Positions 10,363 to 22,292 are shown, counted from the stretch's first letter. The stretch: 64,000 nt of DNA from an uncultured Actinomycetota bacterium (GCA_963789855.1 CAWBMM010000008.1:78005-142004); one strand, 5' to 3'. The notes: generated by a model not told the origin, from the sequence alone. Program-made: numbers and translations.

Positions 10363-10381
10363 CGCCGAGCGCCACACCGGC

Positions 10382-11134
10382 TCAGGCGCCGGACGTCGCC
10401 TCGATCGCGTCGAGGTCGCGGACGGCGTAGCGGAGGTGCTCCCACTCCTCCTCGAGGATCACGTGCAGACAGGAAAGGGTGCTCTCAGGATATTCGGGGG
10501 CCCACGGGTTCTTGCGCGCAGCAGCCAGCTCGTCCGGGGTGACGGTGGCGAGGAAGTCGCGCACCATCGCGGCGCGACCGGCCCGGACCTCGAGCACCTC
10601 GGCGTACGACGGCGGGACCGTCGTGAAGATGGACATGTCCAGGCCGTCCTCGCCACCGGCGCCCAGCCCGATGGGGTGGAACGGCTGCTCGATCTCCAGG
10701 ACCGCCCGGCCCAGCCATGCGTCCGTGGCGAGGACCAGGTGCCGCAGGGTCTGCGCGAACGACCACTCGCCGCCCACCGACTCGTCCACCGTGCCGGCCG
10801 GCATCGCCGCGACGCGCTCGACGGTGGCCGCCCAGGTCCGCTCGAGCGTCGCCCAGGCCGCGCGCAGACCATCAGGGTCTGCGGCGCGCCGGTCGGCGCG
10901 GCCGGGGAAGCGTCGGTTGAGCTCGGCCTCGACGAACGGGGCCACGTCGACGCCGTTGACGAGCAATGAGCTCTCGCCGTCGAGGAGCCACGGCGCGTCG
11001 ATGTCCGCACCAGGCACGTCGACGCCGCGCATCACGACGCCGGACAGGTCTGAGCTGACGAACCGGGCGCCACGAAGGTTCGCGTCGACGAACTCCGCCG
11101 CCTGCAGGTCGTCGGACCGGGTGAACGTTGCCAT
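10382..11134 (-). CDS. Pentapeptide-repeat / DinB-family fusion protein
   Basis: ATG 11134 is preceded by AAGGAG. The N-terminus AEFVD ANLRG ARFVS SDLSG VVMRG VDVPG forms pentapeptide repeats. The C-terminal DinB-like four-helix signature is WSFAQTLRHLVLATDAW...EEEWEHLRYAVRDL. Confidence 0.65.
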   Translation of the reverse strand: MATFTRSDDLQAAEFVDANLRGARFVSSDLSGVVMRGVDVPGADIDAPWLLDGESSLLVNGVDVAPFVEAELNRRFPGRADRRAADPDGLRAAWATLERTWAATVERVAAMPAGTVDESVGGEWSFAQTLRHLVLATDAWLGRAVLEIEQPFHPIGLGAGGEDGLDMSIFTTVPPSYAEVLEVRAGRAAMVRDFLATVTPDELAAARKNPWAPEYPESTLSCLHVILEEEWEHLRYAVRDLDAIEATSGA

Positions 11135-11286
11135 GGCTCTCCTTGGCGTCGGGGAGGCTCGTGAGCGACACACGGTAGTTTCCGGCATGGGGAGTTCACC
11201 CGATGCGGGCTCTCGTCGACGCGCCCACACTCAGGCCTGACGCCGGCGCCGACTCTCGGCACCGCAACCAGGACGAGGAGAAGACG

Positions 11287-11559
11287 ATGATCCTGGCGAC
11301 GACGCAGGTGGAGGACTTCGACCGGTTCGAGAAGGTCTTCTCGACCGCGGGGGCCGAGAAGCGCAAGCAGCACGGGTCGAAGGGTGCGACCGTCTTCCGC
11401 GACCCCAACGAGCAGGACCGGGTCTGGGTGCTCTTCGACTGGGACGCCGAGGGCTGGCAGAGCTTCGTGAGCGACCCCGAGGTCCCGCCGATCATGCAGC
11501 AGGCGGGGCACAAGGGCCGGCCGCAGGCCGCCGAGGTCGGCGGCAGGTACGAGGCCTAG
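11287..11559 (+). CDS. Small (90 aa) alpha+beta barrel-like protein of unknown function
   Basis: ATG 11287 follows GAGGAG and the ORF begins MILATTQVEDFDRFEKVFSTAGAEKRKQHGSKGATVFRDP. I am not sure of the family assignment. Confidence 0.45.
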   Translation: MILATTQVEDFDRFEKVFSTAGAEKRKQHGSKGATVFRDPNEQDRVWVLFDWDAEGWQSFVSDPEVPPIMQQAGHKGRPQAAEVGGRYEA

Positions 11560-13313
11560 CCGACGAGCCCGTTCTGCATCGCCCACAGTGCGGCGGCCGC
11601 ACGGGTCGACACACCGATCTTGGTGTAGACGTGCTGGATGTGGTGGTCGGCGGTCTTCGGCGAGATGGCGAGCTGCTCGCCGATGGCCCGGGCGGTGAGC
11701 CCTCTGGCCGCGAGGCGGAGCACCTGCACCTCGCGGCCGGTCAGCCCACCCGGGTACGGCGCCGGGGCCGGCCGTGACGGTGACGTGCCGTCGCGGCCGG
11801 TCGGCCGGCCGTGGCCGGCCGCCTCCAGCACGCAGTCGGTGGCCGACCGGGGGAGGAGGCCGACGGCCCCCAGCCGACGGAGCTCGACCGCGGCCTGGTC
11901 GGTGGACCAGGCCGGCCGGTCGGCACGGTCGCTCGTCATCGCCACGTAGACGTCCGCCGCCGCGAGCAGCCCGGCCGCACCGTCGACACCGTCGGCACCC
12001 AGGTGCCGGTGGTAGCCGGATGCGTCGGCGCGCTCGTGGTGGGCGGCCGCGACGGGGTTCAGCCCGGCGAGCGCAGCCGAGCGCCGCAGCATCTGCTCGG
12101 TGAGCATCGGGTGCAGCTCGACGCGGTCGAACTCGGAGCGGGTGAGCGGCCCCGGCTTGTCCCAGATCGAGTTCGGTACGGCGGTCGTCCCGAGCTCGTG
12201 CACCAGGGCCGCGCGCCGGACGGTGGCCAGCACGTCGGCGTCGTGCCCCGACAGGCGGGCCGCCTCCTCGGCGAGCTGGGCGCAGCGTCGGCTGTGACCG
12301 GCCATGTAGGGCGACTTCAGGTCGACGAAGTCGGCGACCACGGTGAGGACCTCGTCGAGCTCCTCGGCGGCGAACGTGCGGTGGGGCTCCGGCTCGAGGT
12401 CGAGCACCGCGTCCCACGGGTCGAGCTTGTCGAGCCGGTCGAACCAGGCCTGGCCGTGGGTCAGCACGAGGTCGGCGAGCGCCGGGTCGTAGGTGCGGTC
12501 GCGGCGGTCCCGGGCAGCGTCCAGGGCGTCGGCGACCGAGAAGACCCGACTGATGGCCTCCATGTCCTGGCTGAGGTGCACGATGCGCATGGCCGGCGGG
12601 ATCGCCTCGCCGCTCGCGCCGTCGGGGAAGCCGGTGCCGTTCCACCGCTCGAAGGTGAAGCCGAGCGCCTCCCGCACCTGCGGGCCGACGTCGAGGCGTC
12701 GGGCCAGCATGTCCCCGACCTCGCACCCCGAGGCGAAGTTGTGCACGGCCCAGTCGTGCGCGCCGGCCTGGATGGTGCGGACCATCTCGTCCTGCTCGGC
12801 CGGTGCGAGCCCCGCAGTGGCGAATGCCAGCACGTCGCGCATGACCTCCGCAGGGTTGCCCGCGTCGTGCACCAGCGTCTGGGCCCGGATCGCGATCTCG
12901 TCACCGAACAGCATCGCCACCTCGTGCGCGTGCCCGGTGCAGCCGAGGTAGCGCAGCAGCGCGACCCAGTACGTCGTCTCGCGGACATCCCTGCCGAGAC
13001 CTGCCTCCTCCGCGAGCCAGGAGGCCAGCAGGCACGAGCGCAGCTGTGACTCGAGCGGCTGCCCGAAGGCGTTGTCCTGTGCGAGTGCGAACGTCGCGAC
13101 GAGCTCGCCCAGGCGCAGCGGTGCAGCAGCGATCGTGGTACCTCCCGACCTGGGGACGAGTCGTGACCCGTCGACCGGGTCCGCGGGTCCAGCATGGTCC
13201 AGATCCTCGTGGGCCGCTCCGGACCTGGTGAGATCACGCCAACTGTCCGTAATGTCGTCCGGCGCGGGTGACCCGGAGCTGCAAGAAGGAGGGCGACCGA
13301 TGCGGATCAGCAT
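11556..13313 (-). CDS. Tandem HD(-GYP-like) domain protein with C-terminal LuxR HTH; start codon uncertain
   Basis: A degenerate first HD-like region reads LRYLGCTGHAHEVAMLFGDE. The second reads YMAGHSRRCAQL...ALVHELG...HHERADASGYH. The C-terminus LTGREVQVLRLAARGLTARAIGEQLAISPKTADHHIQHVYTKIG is a LuxR HTH. The maximal ORF start overlaps the divergent gene at 13300, so the true start is probably further in. Confidence 0.7.
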   Translation of the reverse strand: MLIRIGRPPSCSSGSPAPDDITDSWRDLTRSGAAHEDLDHAGPADPVDGSRLVPRSGGTTIAAAPLRLGELVATFALAQDNAFGQPLESQLRSCLLASWLAEEAGLGRDVRETTYWVALLRYLGCTGHAHEVAMLFGDEIAIRAQTLVHDAGNPAEVMRDVLAFATAGLAPAEQDEMVRTIQAGAHDWAVHNFASGCEVGDMLARRLDVGPQVREALGFTFERWNGTGFPDGASGEAIPPAMRIVHLSQDMEAISRVFSVADALDAARDRRDRTYDPALADLVLTHGQAWFDRLDKLDPWDAVLDLEPEPHRTFAAEELDEVLTVVADFVDLKSPYMAGHSRRCAQLAEEAARLSGHDADVLATVRRAALVHELGTTAVPNSIWDKPGPLTRSEFDRVELHPMLTEQMLRRSAALAGLNPVAAAHHERADASGYHRHLGADGVDGAAGLLAAADVYVAMTSDRADRPAWSTDQAAVELRRLGAVGLLPRSATDCVLEAAGHGRPTGRDGTSPSRPAPAPYPGGLTGREVQVLRLAARGLTARAIGEQLAISPKTADHHIQHVYTKIGVSTRAAAALWAMQNGLVG

Positions 13314-14015
13314 CAGCGTGACGAACTACTCCTGGCGGGACAGGTCGCTCGCCGACGGCCTGGTCCGGGCGGCGCAGGTGGCCGACGACGGCGGCCTGCA
13401 CACGGTCTGGGTGCCCGACCACCTGGCGCAGGTGGACCCGACGGTGGCCGCCGAGGACGACGACATGCTGGAGGCCTACGGCGTGCTGGCCTACCTCGCC
13501 GCCCGCACCGAACGAGTGCGCGCTCGGACGCCCGGCTCACGCGTGGTGCGGCAGGATGTTCGACGGCGACGCGACGCCGGTCAACGGCTCGCCACGTCCA
13601 GCTCGACCGCCCGGTGCTGCGGCCACGTCCGGCCCACCCGGTGCCGTTGCTCATCGGCGGTGCCGGCGAACGACGTACGCTGCGACTGGTCGCCGAGCAC
13701 GCCGACGCCTGCAACCTGTTCGACATCCCCGACGAGGGCGCGACCGTGCGGCACAAGCTGGCGGTCCTGGCCCGGCACTGCGAGGCGGTGGGCCGGCCCC
13801 CCGGCGAGATCGAGGCGACGCTGAGCACCCGGCTCGCACCCGGCGAGACGACCGCGCGGCTGGTCGAGCGCTGCGAACGCGTGGCGGCGTGGGGCATCGA
13901 GCACCTGGTCTTCGTGTCCAGCACACCTTGGACGCCTGCCGACCTCGGCGTGCTCGTCGGCGCAGCGGCCGACGTCGCCGAGCTGGGACCGCCCGGGCGG
14001 CCAGCACGACAATGA
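13300..14015 (+). pseudogene. LLM-class F420-dependent oxidoreductase (Rv1855c-like), with two +1 shifts and an internal ~70-80 codon deletion
   Basis: ATG 13300 follows GAAGGAGGG and reads MRISISVTNYSW...LAARTERVR. The sequence then jumps to ..FDG.., and RHVQLDRPVLRPRPAHPVPLLIGGAGERRTLRLVAEHADACNLF follows in further frames. The central barrel segment normally between these blocks is absent in all frames. Confidence 0.7.
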
Positions 14016-14034
14016 TGTGCTGGCCGCCCCCCGG

Positions 14035-16287
<2,253 letters not shown>

Positions 16288-16692
16288 TCAAGGACTGTCG
16301 GGGTGGGAGCACGAGGGGCAGACGCCCCAGTAGGTGACCTCGGCCTCGTCGATCAGGAAGCCGCGGTCGTCGGACGCGGTCAGGCAGGGCGTGCTACCGA
16401 CGGCGCAGTCGACATCGGCTACCTCGCCGCACGACCGGCACACGACGTGGTGGTGGTTGTCCGCGACCCGCGACTCGTAGCGGGCCGCCGAGCCTGCCGG
16501 CTCGATGCGCCGCACCAGGCCCGCGGCCGTCAACGCTCGCAGCACGTCGTACACCGCCTGGTGGGACAACGCGCCGAGATCGGCGCGCGCCACCCCGAGG
16601 ATGTGCTCGGTGTCGGCGTGCGGATGGTCGTGGACGGCGGTCAGCACGGACACCCGGGGACGGGTGACCCGAAGATCAGCCGCTCGCAACAA
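16288..16692 (-). CDS. furA: Fur-family peroxide-responsive repressor FurA/CatR
   Basis: The ORF reads LRVTRPRVSVLTAVHDHPHADTEHI...HHHHVVCRSCGEVADVDC...CPSC. It has a TTG start with GGAGG 8 nt upstream and lies 36 bp upstream of katG. Confidence 0.9.
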   Translation of the reverse strand: MLRAADLRVTRPRVSVLTAVHDHPHADTEHILGVARADLGALSHQAVYDVLRALTAAGLVRRIEPAGSAARYESRVADNHHHVVCRSCGEVADVDCAVGSTPCLTASDDRGFLIDEAEVTYWGVCPSCSHPDSP

Positions 16693-16727
16693 GCGTTCGA
16701 CCTCCGAAGCGCGTGGGCACGGCCCCG

Positions 16728-16757
16728 AGTCTGGTGGCTTTTTCTGGAATCAGTCAA
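16728..16757 (-). promoter_or_regulatory. Possible furA-katG promoter (TTGACT, 18-nt spacer, CAGACT on the minus strand)
   Basis: This is a relatively AT-rich patch about 40-65 nt upstream of the furA start. The hexamers were read by eye only. Confidence 0.25.
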
Positions 16758-16872
16758 GTGAAGGGACATCTCGGCAGTCAGGCAGCCTGAGCTTTCCACC
16801 GCCACGAAACCGAGCACCATCGACGTGAGACCCGCGGTGGTGAGGCAGCGCGGCAGAGGCAAGGACTCGCTG

Positions 16873-17409
16873 ATGAGGACGGTTTCGCTGGTCGGGCGGA
16901 GCCTCACGGCCGTGCTGCTGGCAGTCGCGGGCTTCGCGGCACTGGCCGGCTGCAGCGGGTCGTCGGTCGGGGACGAGTCCTCGACGTCGGTCCTGCCGTC
17001 CTCCTCGCCGTCGGGGTCGACGGCCTCGGTGGCCGAGTACGCGTCGTTGCTCGCCCGGCAGCGCGGAGTCGTCGTCGCCGCACTCAGCAGCCTCGAGCCG
17101 TGCGCGGGTGACCGTGCGGGTCCGACCCGGCCTGCCGGGCGAACCTGCACCGTGGTCGAGACCCGAGCCGGCGACCTGGACCGCGCCTTGGAACGTGCCG
17201 GCGACGGCCACGCCGACGACTACCTGGGCCTGCCGCCGGGTGACATCGCCGCTCTGCTGGCAGCCACCCGGGCGGCGGCCCAGGACGCGAGGACGGCAGC
17301 GAGGGCGGCCGCGCGCTGCCCGACGTCCTGTGCCGACGAGATGGCCGCGGCGGTCGCGGCCGCGCACGACCTGGAGTCCGAGCTGGACGCGTGGGCGACC
17401 TACCGGTAG
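16873..17409 (+). CDS. Lipoprotein of unknown function
   Basis: A signal peptide with a lipobox is present: MRTVSLVGRSLTAVLLAVAGFAALAGCSGS. Confidence 0.55.
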   Translation: MRTVSLVGRSLTAVLLAVAGFAALAGCSGSSVGDESSTSVLPSSSPSGSTASVAEYASLLARQRGVVVAALSSLEPCAGDRAGPTRPAGRTCTVVETRAGDLDRALERAGDGHADDYLGLPPGDIAALLAATRAAAQDARTAARAAARCPTSCADEMAAAVAAAHDLESELDAWATYR

Positions 17410-17485
17410 CCGACCCGCCGCCGGCGTGTCAGCGTCGGACGGCGGCGCTACGTTGGCGGGACACAGATCCGGGAGGGACGTGGCC

Positions 17486-17755
17486 ATGGCCGTGTTCATG
17501 ATCGAGCGACGCTACGCCGACCAGCTGGAGGTCACGGCCGACTCTGCGGAGGGGATCAACAGGATCAACTCCGAGGAGGGGGTCCGCTGGCTCTACTCCT
17601 TCCTGTCCGCGGACAAGCGCAAGACCTACTGCCTGTACGAGGCGCCGTCCGCCGAGGCCATCCGGGTCGCGGCGAGGCGCGCCGGGCTACCGGCCGACGT
17701 CATCGTCGAGGTGACCGACACCATCCGGGCGGACGGGACGATGGCAGCCCTCTGA
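17486..17755 (+). CDS. DUF4242-like small protein
   Basis: ATG 17486 follows GGGAGGGA. The ORF reads MAVFMIERRY...GVRWLYSFLSADKRKTYCLYEAPSAEAIRVAARRAGLPADVIVEV. Confidence 0.6.
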   Translation: MAVFMIERRYADQLEVTADSAEGINRINSEEGVRWLYSFLSADKRKTYCLYEAPSAEAIRVAARRAGLPADVIVEVTDTIRADGTMAAL

Positions 17756-17765
17756 CCCGTCGCGG

Positions 17766-20687
17766 TCAGGCGAGCAGGCCCTGGGCGGCGGCGTACATGG
17801 CGGCCTGGGTGCGGTTCTCCGAGCCGGTCTTGGCAAGGATCCGTCGGACGTGGTTGGCGGCGGTGTTCTCGCTGATGACCAGCCGACCGGCGATGTCCCG
17901 GTTGCTCAGCCCCTCGCCGAGCAGCCGCAGCACCTCCGTCTCGCGGGCCGTCAGGCCGTCCGGTCGCGCCCCCGCCGTCCGGACGTCGACGACGGTCAGC
18001 GCGTCGAGCTGCCGCAGCACCCGCAGGTGGCCCACCGGCTCGGCGAGCTGCCGGGCCCGGCCGGTGAGGTCAGCCACCCGACGCGGGTCGGCCCGGTTGC
18101 GCAGCAGGTGCTGGGCGTGTGCGGTCAGCGTCTGCGCCACGTGCACCGGTGCTGACATCCGGCTGTCCATCTCCAGCGCACTCGCGAACCACTCCTCCGG
18201 GGTGCCGGTGCCGAGGAGCGAGTCGACGGCGCCGAGGTAGCGGTCGGCGCTGCCGAAGACCGCGACGAACTGACCGGCGATGAGGTTCAGGCCGGCGTAC
18301 TCGAGCAGCGGGTCCCGCAGGCGCCGCGCCGCCGGAGCATCCTCCAGCGCGAGCGCAGCCTCGACGAGGAAGGCCAGCACGCCGGGCCACTGCGCCGAGC
18401 GGGCATAGTGGCTCAGCCGGTGGTCCAGCAACCAGGTGAGCAGCCGCGACGCCGGGGCAGCCATCCCCAGCTCGGTGTAGAGCGCCAGCAGCCCCGGGGC
18501 CCAGTAGTCGGTCGGCAGCTCGTCCCCGGTGACCAGCCCGCGTACCTCGTCGAGGCGCCCGGCCTCCCGGCGCACCATGAAGCTCTGGACGCCATAGGGG
18601 CCTTCGGTGTCGTCGGTGCCGAAGGACTCGCCCAGCTCGACCAGGCTGGTGCAGCAGCGGTCGGCGGCGGCGAACTCGCCGGCCAGGAAGTAGCGGGCGT
18701 ACTCCAGGCAGCCCGCCATGTAGGCGAAGAAGCCCTGGCCGGTGGCGCGGGTCGAGCGCAGCATGTCGCTGTAGGCGTCGTCCATGCTGCGGGGCTCTCC
18801 CTGCAGGTAGGAGATGGCGCCGCGGTAGTACGCCGCGGGGCCGAGCTGGCCCAGATCGCCGATGCGCAGCGCGATGGCCGACAGCCGGGTGGCACGCTCG
18901 AGCTTCGCCGGCGCGTCCCGTGGGCTCAGCTGGTGCCACAGGCTCGCCTGCAGGCTGTCGGCGAGGAGGTTGTCGTCGCCGGTCGCCTCGGCCAGCTCGA
19001 CCGCCCGGGCGCCGAGGACGTGCGCCTCCTCGGTGGCCCCGGTGAACGCCAGCGCGCGGCCGAGGCTGGCGACCGCCCGCACGTAGTCGGGGTCGGTCGG
19101 GTCGTGGTCGATGCCCGCGAGAGCGCTGGTGAGCAGCTCGACCGATCGCTGCCCCGGGTGCCCCGGCCGCCAGGCGGCTGCCTCGTAGGCGATGGCTGCC
19201 CGCACGCGCAGCCGCGCCGAGTCGCTGGCCGCGACCCCCTCCGCGAGCTCGCGGGCGCGGGCGAAGTCGCCGCTGAGCAGGTGGCTGCGGGACGCCGCCA
19301 GCAGCAGCCTCGCGCGCTCCTCGGGCGCTTCGCTGAGCGAGGCGGCCTGCTCGAAGCAGCGGGCGGCGTCGTCGTGCGCCAGGCTCCGGTCGGCGATCGC
19401 GGCGGCCCGGATCAGGTAGTGCACAGCCTTGTCCGCGAACCCGAGCGTCTGGGCGCCGCTGTAGTGGTAGGCCAGCTGCTGGACGTACCGGTCGGACTCG
19501 GGGAAGCGGGTCTCGAGCACCTCGGCCACCCGGGCGTGCTCGTGCGCCCGTCGGGACGACGGCAGCGAGCCCAGCACGGCCTGGCGCGCCAACGCGTGCG
19601 GGAACCGGTAGGCGCCGTCGACCCCGGCCTGCTCGACCAGCCCGGCGGACACGCCTGCGTCGAGGGCCTCCAGGGTCGTGTCGTGGGTCCAGTCGGAGGA
19701 GGCGATCAGCGTGGACACGTCGAAGTCCTCGCCGATGACCGCTGCCAGCTCGAGCACCTGCCGGTGCGGCGCCGCAAGCCGGTCCAGCCGGGTCTCGATG
19801 GTGTGCCGCACCGACTCCGGCGGCGGGAAGCTGGACGAGCGCAGGACGGCCGGCCCCCCACGAGCGACCAGGTCGCGCCACACCTCGCGGAGGAAGAACG
19901 GGTTGCCTCCGGTCTGGTCGCGCAGCACGGGGGCGAGCGATCGGGCCCGGCCGGGGGAGACACCACTCTCACGCACCAGGAAGTCGGAGATGTCCTCGGT
20001 GTCCAGGCCGGCGAGGTCGAGTCGACGGACGCCGTCCAGCCGGTAGAGCGGGGCGATCGCGTGGGCGAGCGGCTGCGAACGGTCCGGCTCGGTCGTGCGG
20101 TGCGAGGCGAGCACGAGGATCCTGGCGTCCGCGGTCTGCTCCACGACGTACCCGAGCAGCTGCAGTGCCGTGCTCCCGGCCCAGTGCAGGTCCTCGAGCA
20201 CCAGCACGACCGGCCGTTGGGCGGCGGCCGCCCGCAGGGCGACCACGGCCGCGTCGTAGAGCCGCCGGCGGTGCTGCGCGGCGCCGCGGCTCGAACGTTG
20301 GCCGGACAGCGTCGCCAGCCGGTCGGTCAGCGCGGTCGGGTCCTGGCCGGCGGCCGTCCCGGCCAGCGGCAGCCGGCCGCTGCGCAGGTCCGGGACGAGA
20401 GCGTCGAGCGGCTGCACGAACGGCTGGTACGGCGGGCCGAACTCCTCGATGCAGCCGCCGAGGAGCACCGCGCTGCCCCGCTCGTGCAGGACCGTCGCGA
20501 CCTCGGCGAGCAACCGGGACTTGCCGCCGCCGGCGTCGCCACCGACGAAGACCAGCTGCCTGGCCCCGGCGGTGGTCTCGTCCCAGACCTGCTCGAGCAC
20601 GGCAAGCTCGCGGGCGCGCCCGACGAAGACCGGGTGCGCGGTCCCAGACCAGCGCACCGGCATGGGTGGACCGGTCCATCCGGGCAT
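17766..20687 (-). CDS. Large ATP-binding LuxR-family (LAL/MalT-like) regulator
   Basis: The Walker A is FVGGDAGGGKSRLL and the Walker B is VVLVLEDLHWA. A long TPR-like helical region follows. The C-terminus LTARETEVLRLLGEGLSNRDIAGRLVISENTAANHVRRILAKTG is a LuxR HTH. Confidence 0.85.
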   Translation of the reverse strand: MPGWTGPPMPVRWSGTAHPVFVGRARELAVLEQVWDETTAGARQLVFVGGDAGGGKSRLLAEVATVLHERGSAVLLGGCIEEFGPPYQPFVQPLDALVPDLRSGRLPLAGTAAGQDPTALTDRLATLSGQRSSRGAAQHRRRLYDAAVVALRAAAAQRPVVLVLEDLHWAGSTALQLLGYVVEQTADARILVLASHRTTEPDRSQPLAHAIAPLYRLDGVRRLDLAGLDTEDISDFLVRESGVSPGRARSLAPVLRDQTGGNPFFLREVWRDLVARGGPAVLRSSSFPPPESVRHTIETRLDRLAAPHRQVLELAAVIGEDFDVSTLIASSDWTHDTTLEALDAGVSAGLVEQAGVDGAYRFPHALARQAVLGSLPSSRRAHEHARVAEVLETRFPESDRYVQQLAYHYSGAQTLGFADKAVHYLIRAAAIADRSLAHDDAARCFEQAASLSEAPEERARLLLAASRSHLLSGDFARARELAEGVAASDSARLRVRAAIAYEAAAWRPGHPGQRSVELLTSALAGIDHDPTDPDYVRAVASLGRALAFTGATEEAHVLGARAVELAEATGDDNLLADSLQASLWHQLSPRDAPAKLERATRLSAIALRIGDLGQLGPAAYYRGAISYLQGEPRSMDDAYSDMLRSTRATGQGFFAYMAGCLEYARYFLAGEFAAADRCCTSLVELGESFGTDDTEGPYGVQSFMVRREAGRLDEVRGLVTGDELPTDYWAPGLLALYTELGMAAPASRLLTWLLDHRLSHYARSAQWPGVLAFLVEAALALEDAPAARRLRDPLLEYAGLNLIAGQFVAVFGSADRYLGAVDSLLGTGTPEEWFASALEMDSRMSAPVHVAQTLTAHAQHLLRNRADPRRVADLTGRARQLAEPVGHLRVLRQLDALTVVDVRTAGARPDGLTARETEVLRLLGEGLSNRDIAGRLVISENTAANHVRRILAKTGSENRTQAAMYAAAQGLLA

Positions 20688-20861
20688 CGCCGAACCACGC
20701 TAGTGCGGTCGACCGGCCCCGTCGATGACCAGATCTGATCACACGCGACCCGAGGACAAGTCACGCAGTTTCGGTCATGCGCCCGACGCCGCCGGTTCCT
20801 AGTGTCGAGAGCCAGCCGTCGGCCCGCGCCAGGTGGGCCGCGGCGGAGAAACGGAGATCTC

Positions 20862-22232
20862 ATGTCGACGCTCAACATCGAAGCCCTGCGCTCCCAGGTG
20901 GCCGGTCCGGTGACCACCTCCGGGGACCCCGGCTACGACGAGGCCAGGATGGTCTACAACTTCATGATCGACGCGCGTCCGGCGGCGATCGTGCACTGCA
21001 CGAGTGCTGCCGACGTCGCCGCCGTCGTCCGGCACGCGGCCGAGTCGGGCACCGAGCTGGCAGTGCGTGGGGGTGGCCACAGCGTGCCCGGTTTCGGGAC
21101 GGCGGACGGCGCACTCGTCGCCGACCTCTCCGGGCTCTCGTCGGTCACGGTGGACCCGGCCGCACGGACCGCGCGCGCCGGCGGCGGCGTGACCTGGGCC
21201 GGCTTCAACGAGGCGACCGCCGAGCACGGGCTGGCCACGACGGGTGGCGTCGTCTCCACGACCGGCGTGGGCGGGCTCACCCTCGGCGGCGGCATCGGCT
21301 ACCTCACCCGCGGCTACGGACTGTCCTGCGACAACCTGCTCTCGGCCGAGGTCGTGACGGCGGACGGCCAGACCGTGACGGCCAGCGAGACCGAGCACCC
21401 CGACCTGTACTGGGCGCTGCGCGGCGGCGGTGGCAACTTCGGCGTCGTCACCGAGTTCACGTTCCGGGTGCACCCGGTGGCCGAGATCTACGGCGGCCCG
21501 ATGTTCTTCGAGCTGTCCGACGGGCCCGCGCTGCTGGCCTACTTCAACGAGTTCATCAAGACCGCTCCCCGCGAGTACGGCGGCTTCCCGGCGTTCCAGA
21601 TCGCACCGCCGCTGCCGTTCGTGCCGGAGGACCGCGTCGGGGAGCCGTTCGTCGCGCTGGTGTCCTGCTGGACCGGCTCCACCAACGACGGGGAGAAGAT
21701 CCTGCAGGGCTTCCGGGACGTCGCCACGCCCGTCGCGGAGCACGTCGGGCCGATGCCGTACGCAGCTCTCAACGGCGCCTTCGACGCCCTGGTCCCGCGC
21801 GGGCTCCAGCACTACTGGAAGGCCGCCTTCGTGGGGGAGCTGACCGAGGACGCGATCCGGGCCCACATGGAGCACGGCCCGAAGGTCCCGGTCGTGAACT
21901 CGACGGTGCACATCTACCCGATCAACGGGGCCAGCCACGACGTCGCTGCGGACGCCACGGCGTTCGGGCACCGCGACGCGACCTACGCGACCGTCATCGC
22001 CGGGATGTGGCCGGACCCGGCCGACAACGAGGCGAACACCCGCTGGGTCCAGGACTACTACGCGGCGATCGCCCCTCACTCGCAGGACGGCGGCTACGTC
22101 AACTTCGCCTCCGCCGACGACCAGGCGAAGGTCGCCGCCAACTACGGCGCCAACTTCGCCAGGCTGCAGGAGGTCAAGCGGCGCTACGACCCGGAGAACC
22201 TGTTCCACCTCAACCAGAACATCCAGCCCTGA
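20862..22232 (+). CDS. FAD-linked oxidase (BBE/PCMH family)
   Basis: ATG 20862 follows GGAGAAACGGAG. The FAD-binding region reads AVRGGGHSVPG, and the BBE-like tail reads YVNFASADD...RLQEVKRRYDPENLFHLNQNI. Confidence 0.85.
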   Translation: MSTLNIEALRSQVAGPVTTSGDPGYDEARMVYNFMIDARPAAIVHCTSAADVAAVVRHAAESGTELAVRGGGHSVPGFGTADGALVADLSGLSSVTVDPAARTARAGGGVTWAGFNEATAEHGLATTGGVVSTTGVGGLTLGGGIGYLTRGYGLSCDNLLSAEVVTADGQTVTASETEHPDLYWALRGGGGNFGVVTEFTFRVHPVAEIYGGPMFFELSDGPALLAYFNEFIKTAPREYGGFPAFQIAPPLPFVPEDRVGEPFVALVSCWTGSTNDGEKILQGFRDVATPVAEHVGPMPYAALNGAFDALVPRGLQHYWKAAFVGELTEDAIRAHMEHGPKVPVVNSTVHIYPINGASHDVAADATAFGHRDATYATVIAGMWPDPADNEANTRWVQDYYAAIAPHSQDGGYVNFASADDQAKVAANYGANFARLQEVKRRYDPENLFHLNQNIQP

Positions 22233-22271
22233 CACCGTCGTCTCGATGACCGGGGGGTCGTGCGGGGCCTT

Positions 22272-22292
22272 GGACCCTCAACCTGAGGGTCC
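22272..22292. terminator. 9-bp stem / 3-nt loop hairpin between convergent genes
   Basis: GGACCCTCA acc TGAGGGTCC lies between the FAD oxidase stop (22232) and the GYD gene stop (22378). Confidence 0.3.

Noticed and set aside
18408-20738. A 776-aa plus-strand ORF opposite the first LAL regulator, together with several similar shadow ORFs (6197..8137, 24492..25892, 26216..27631, 43263-region plus-strand ORFs and 47868..49331).
   Set aside because: All are antisense or off-frame to genes with clear domain signatures, and they have shadow-ORF composition.
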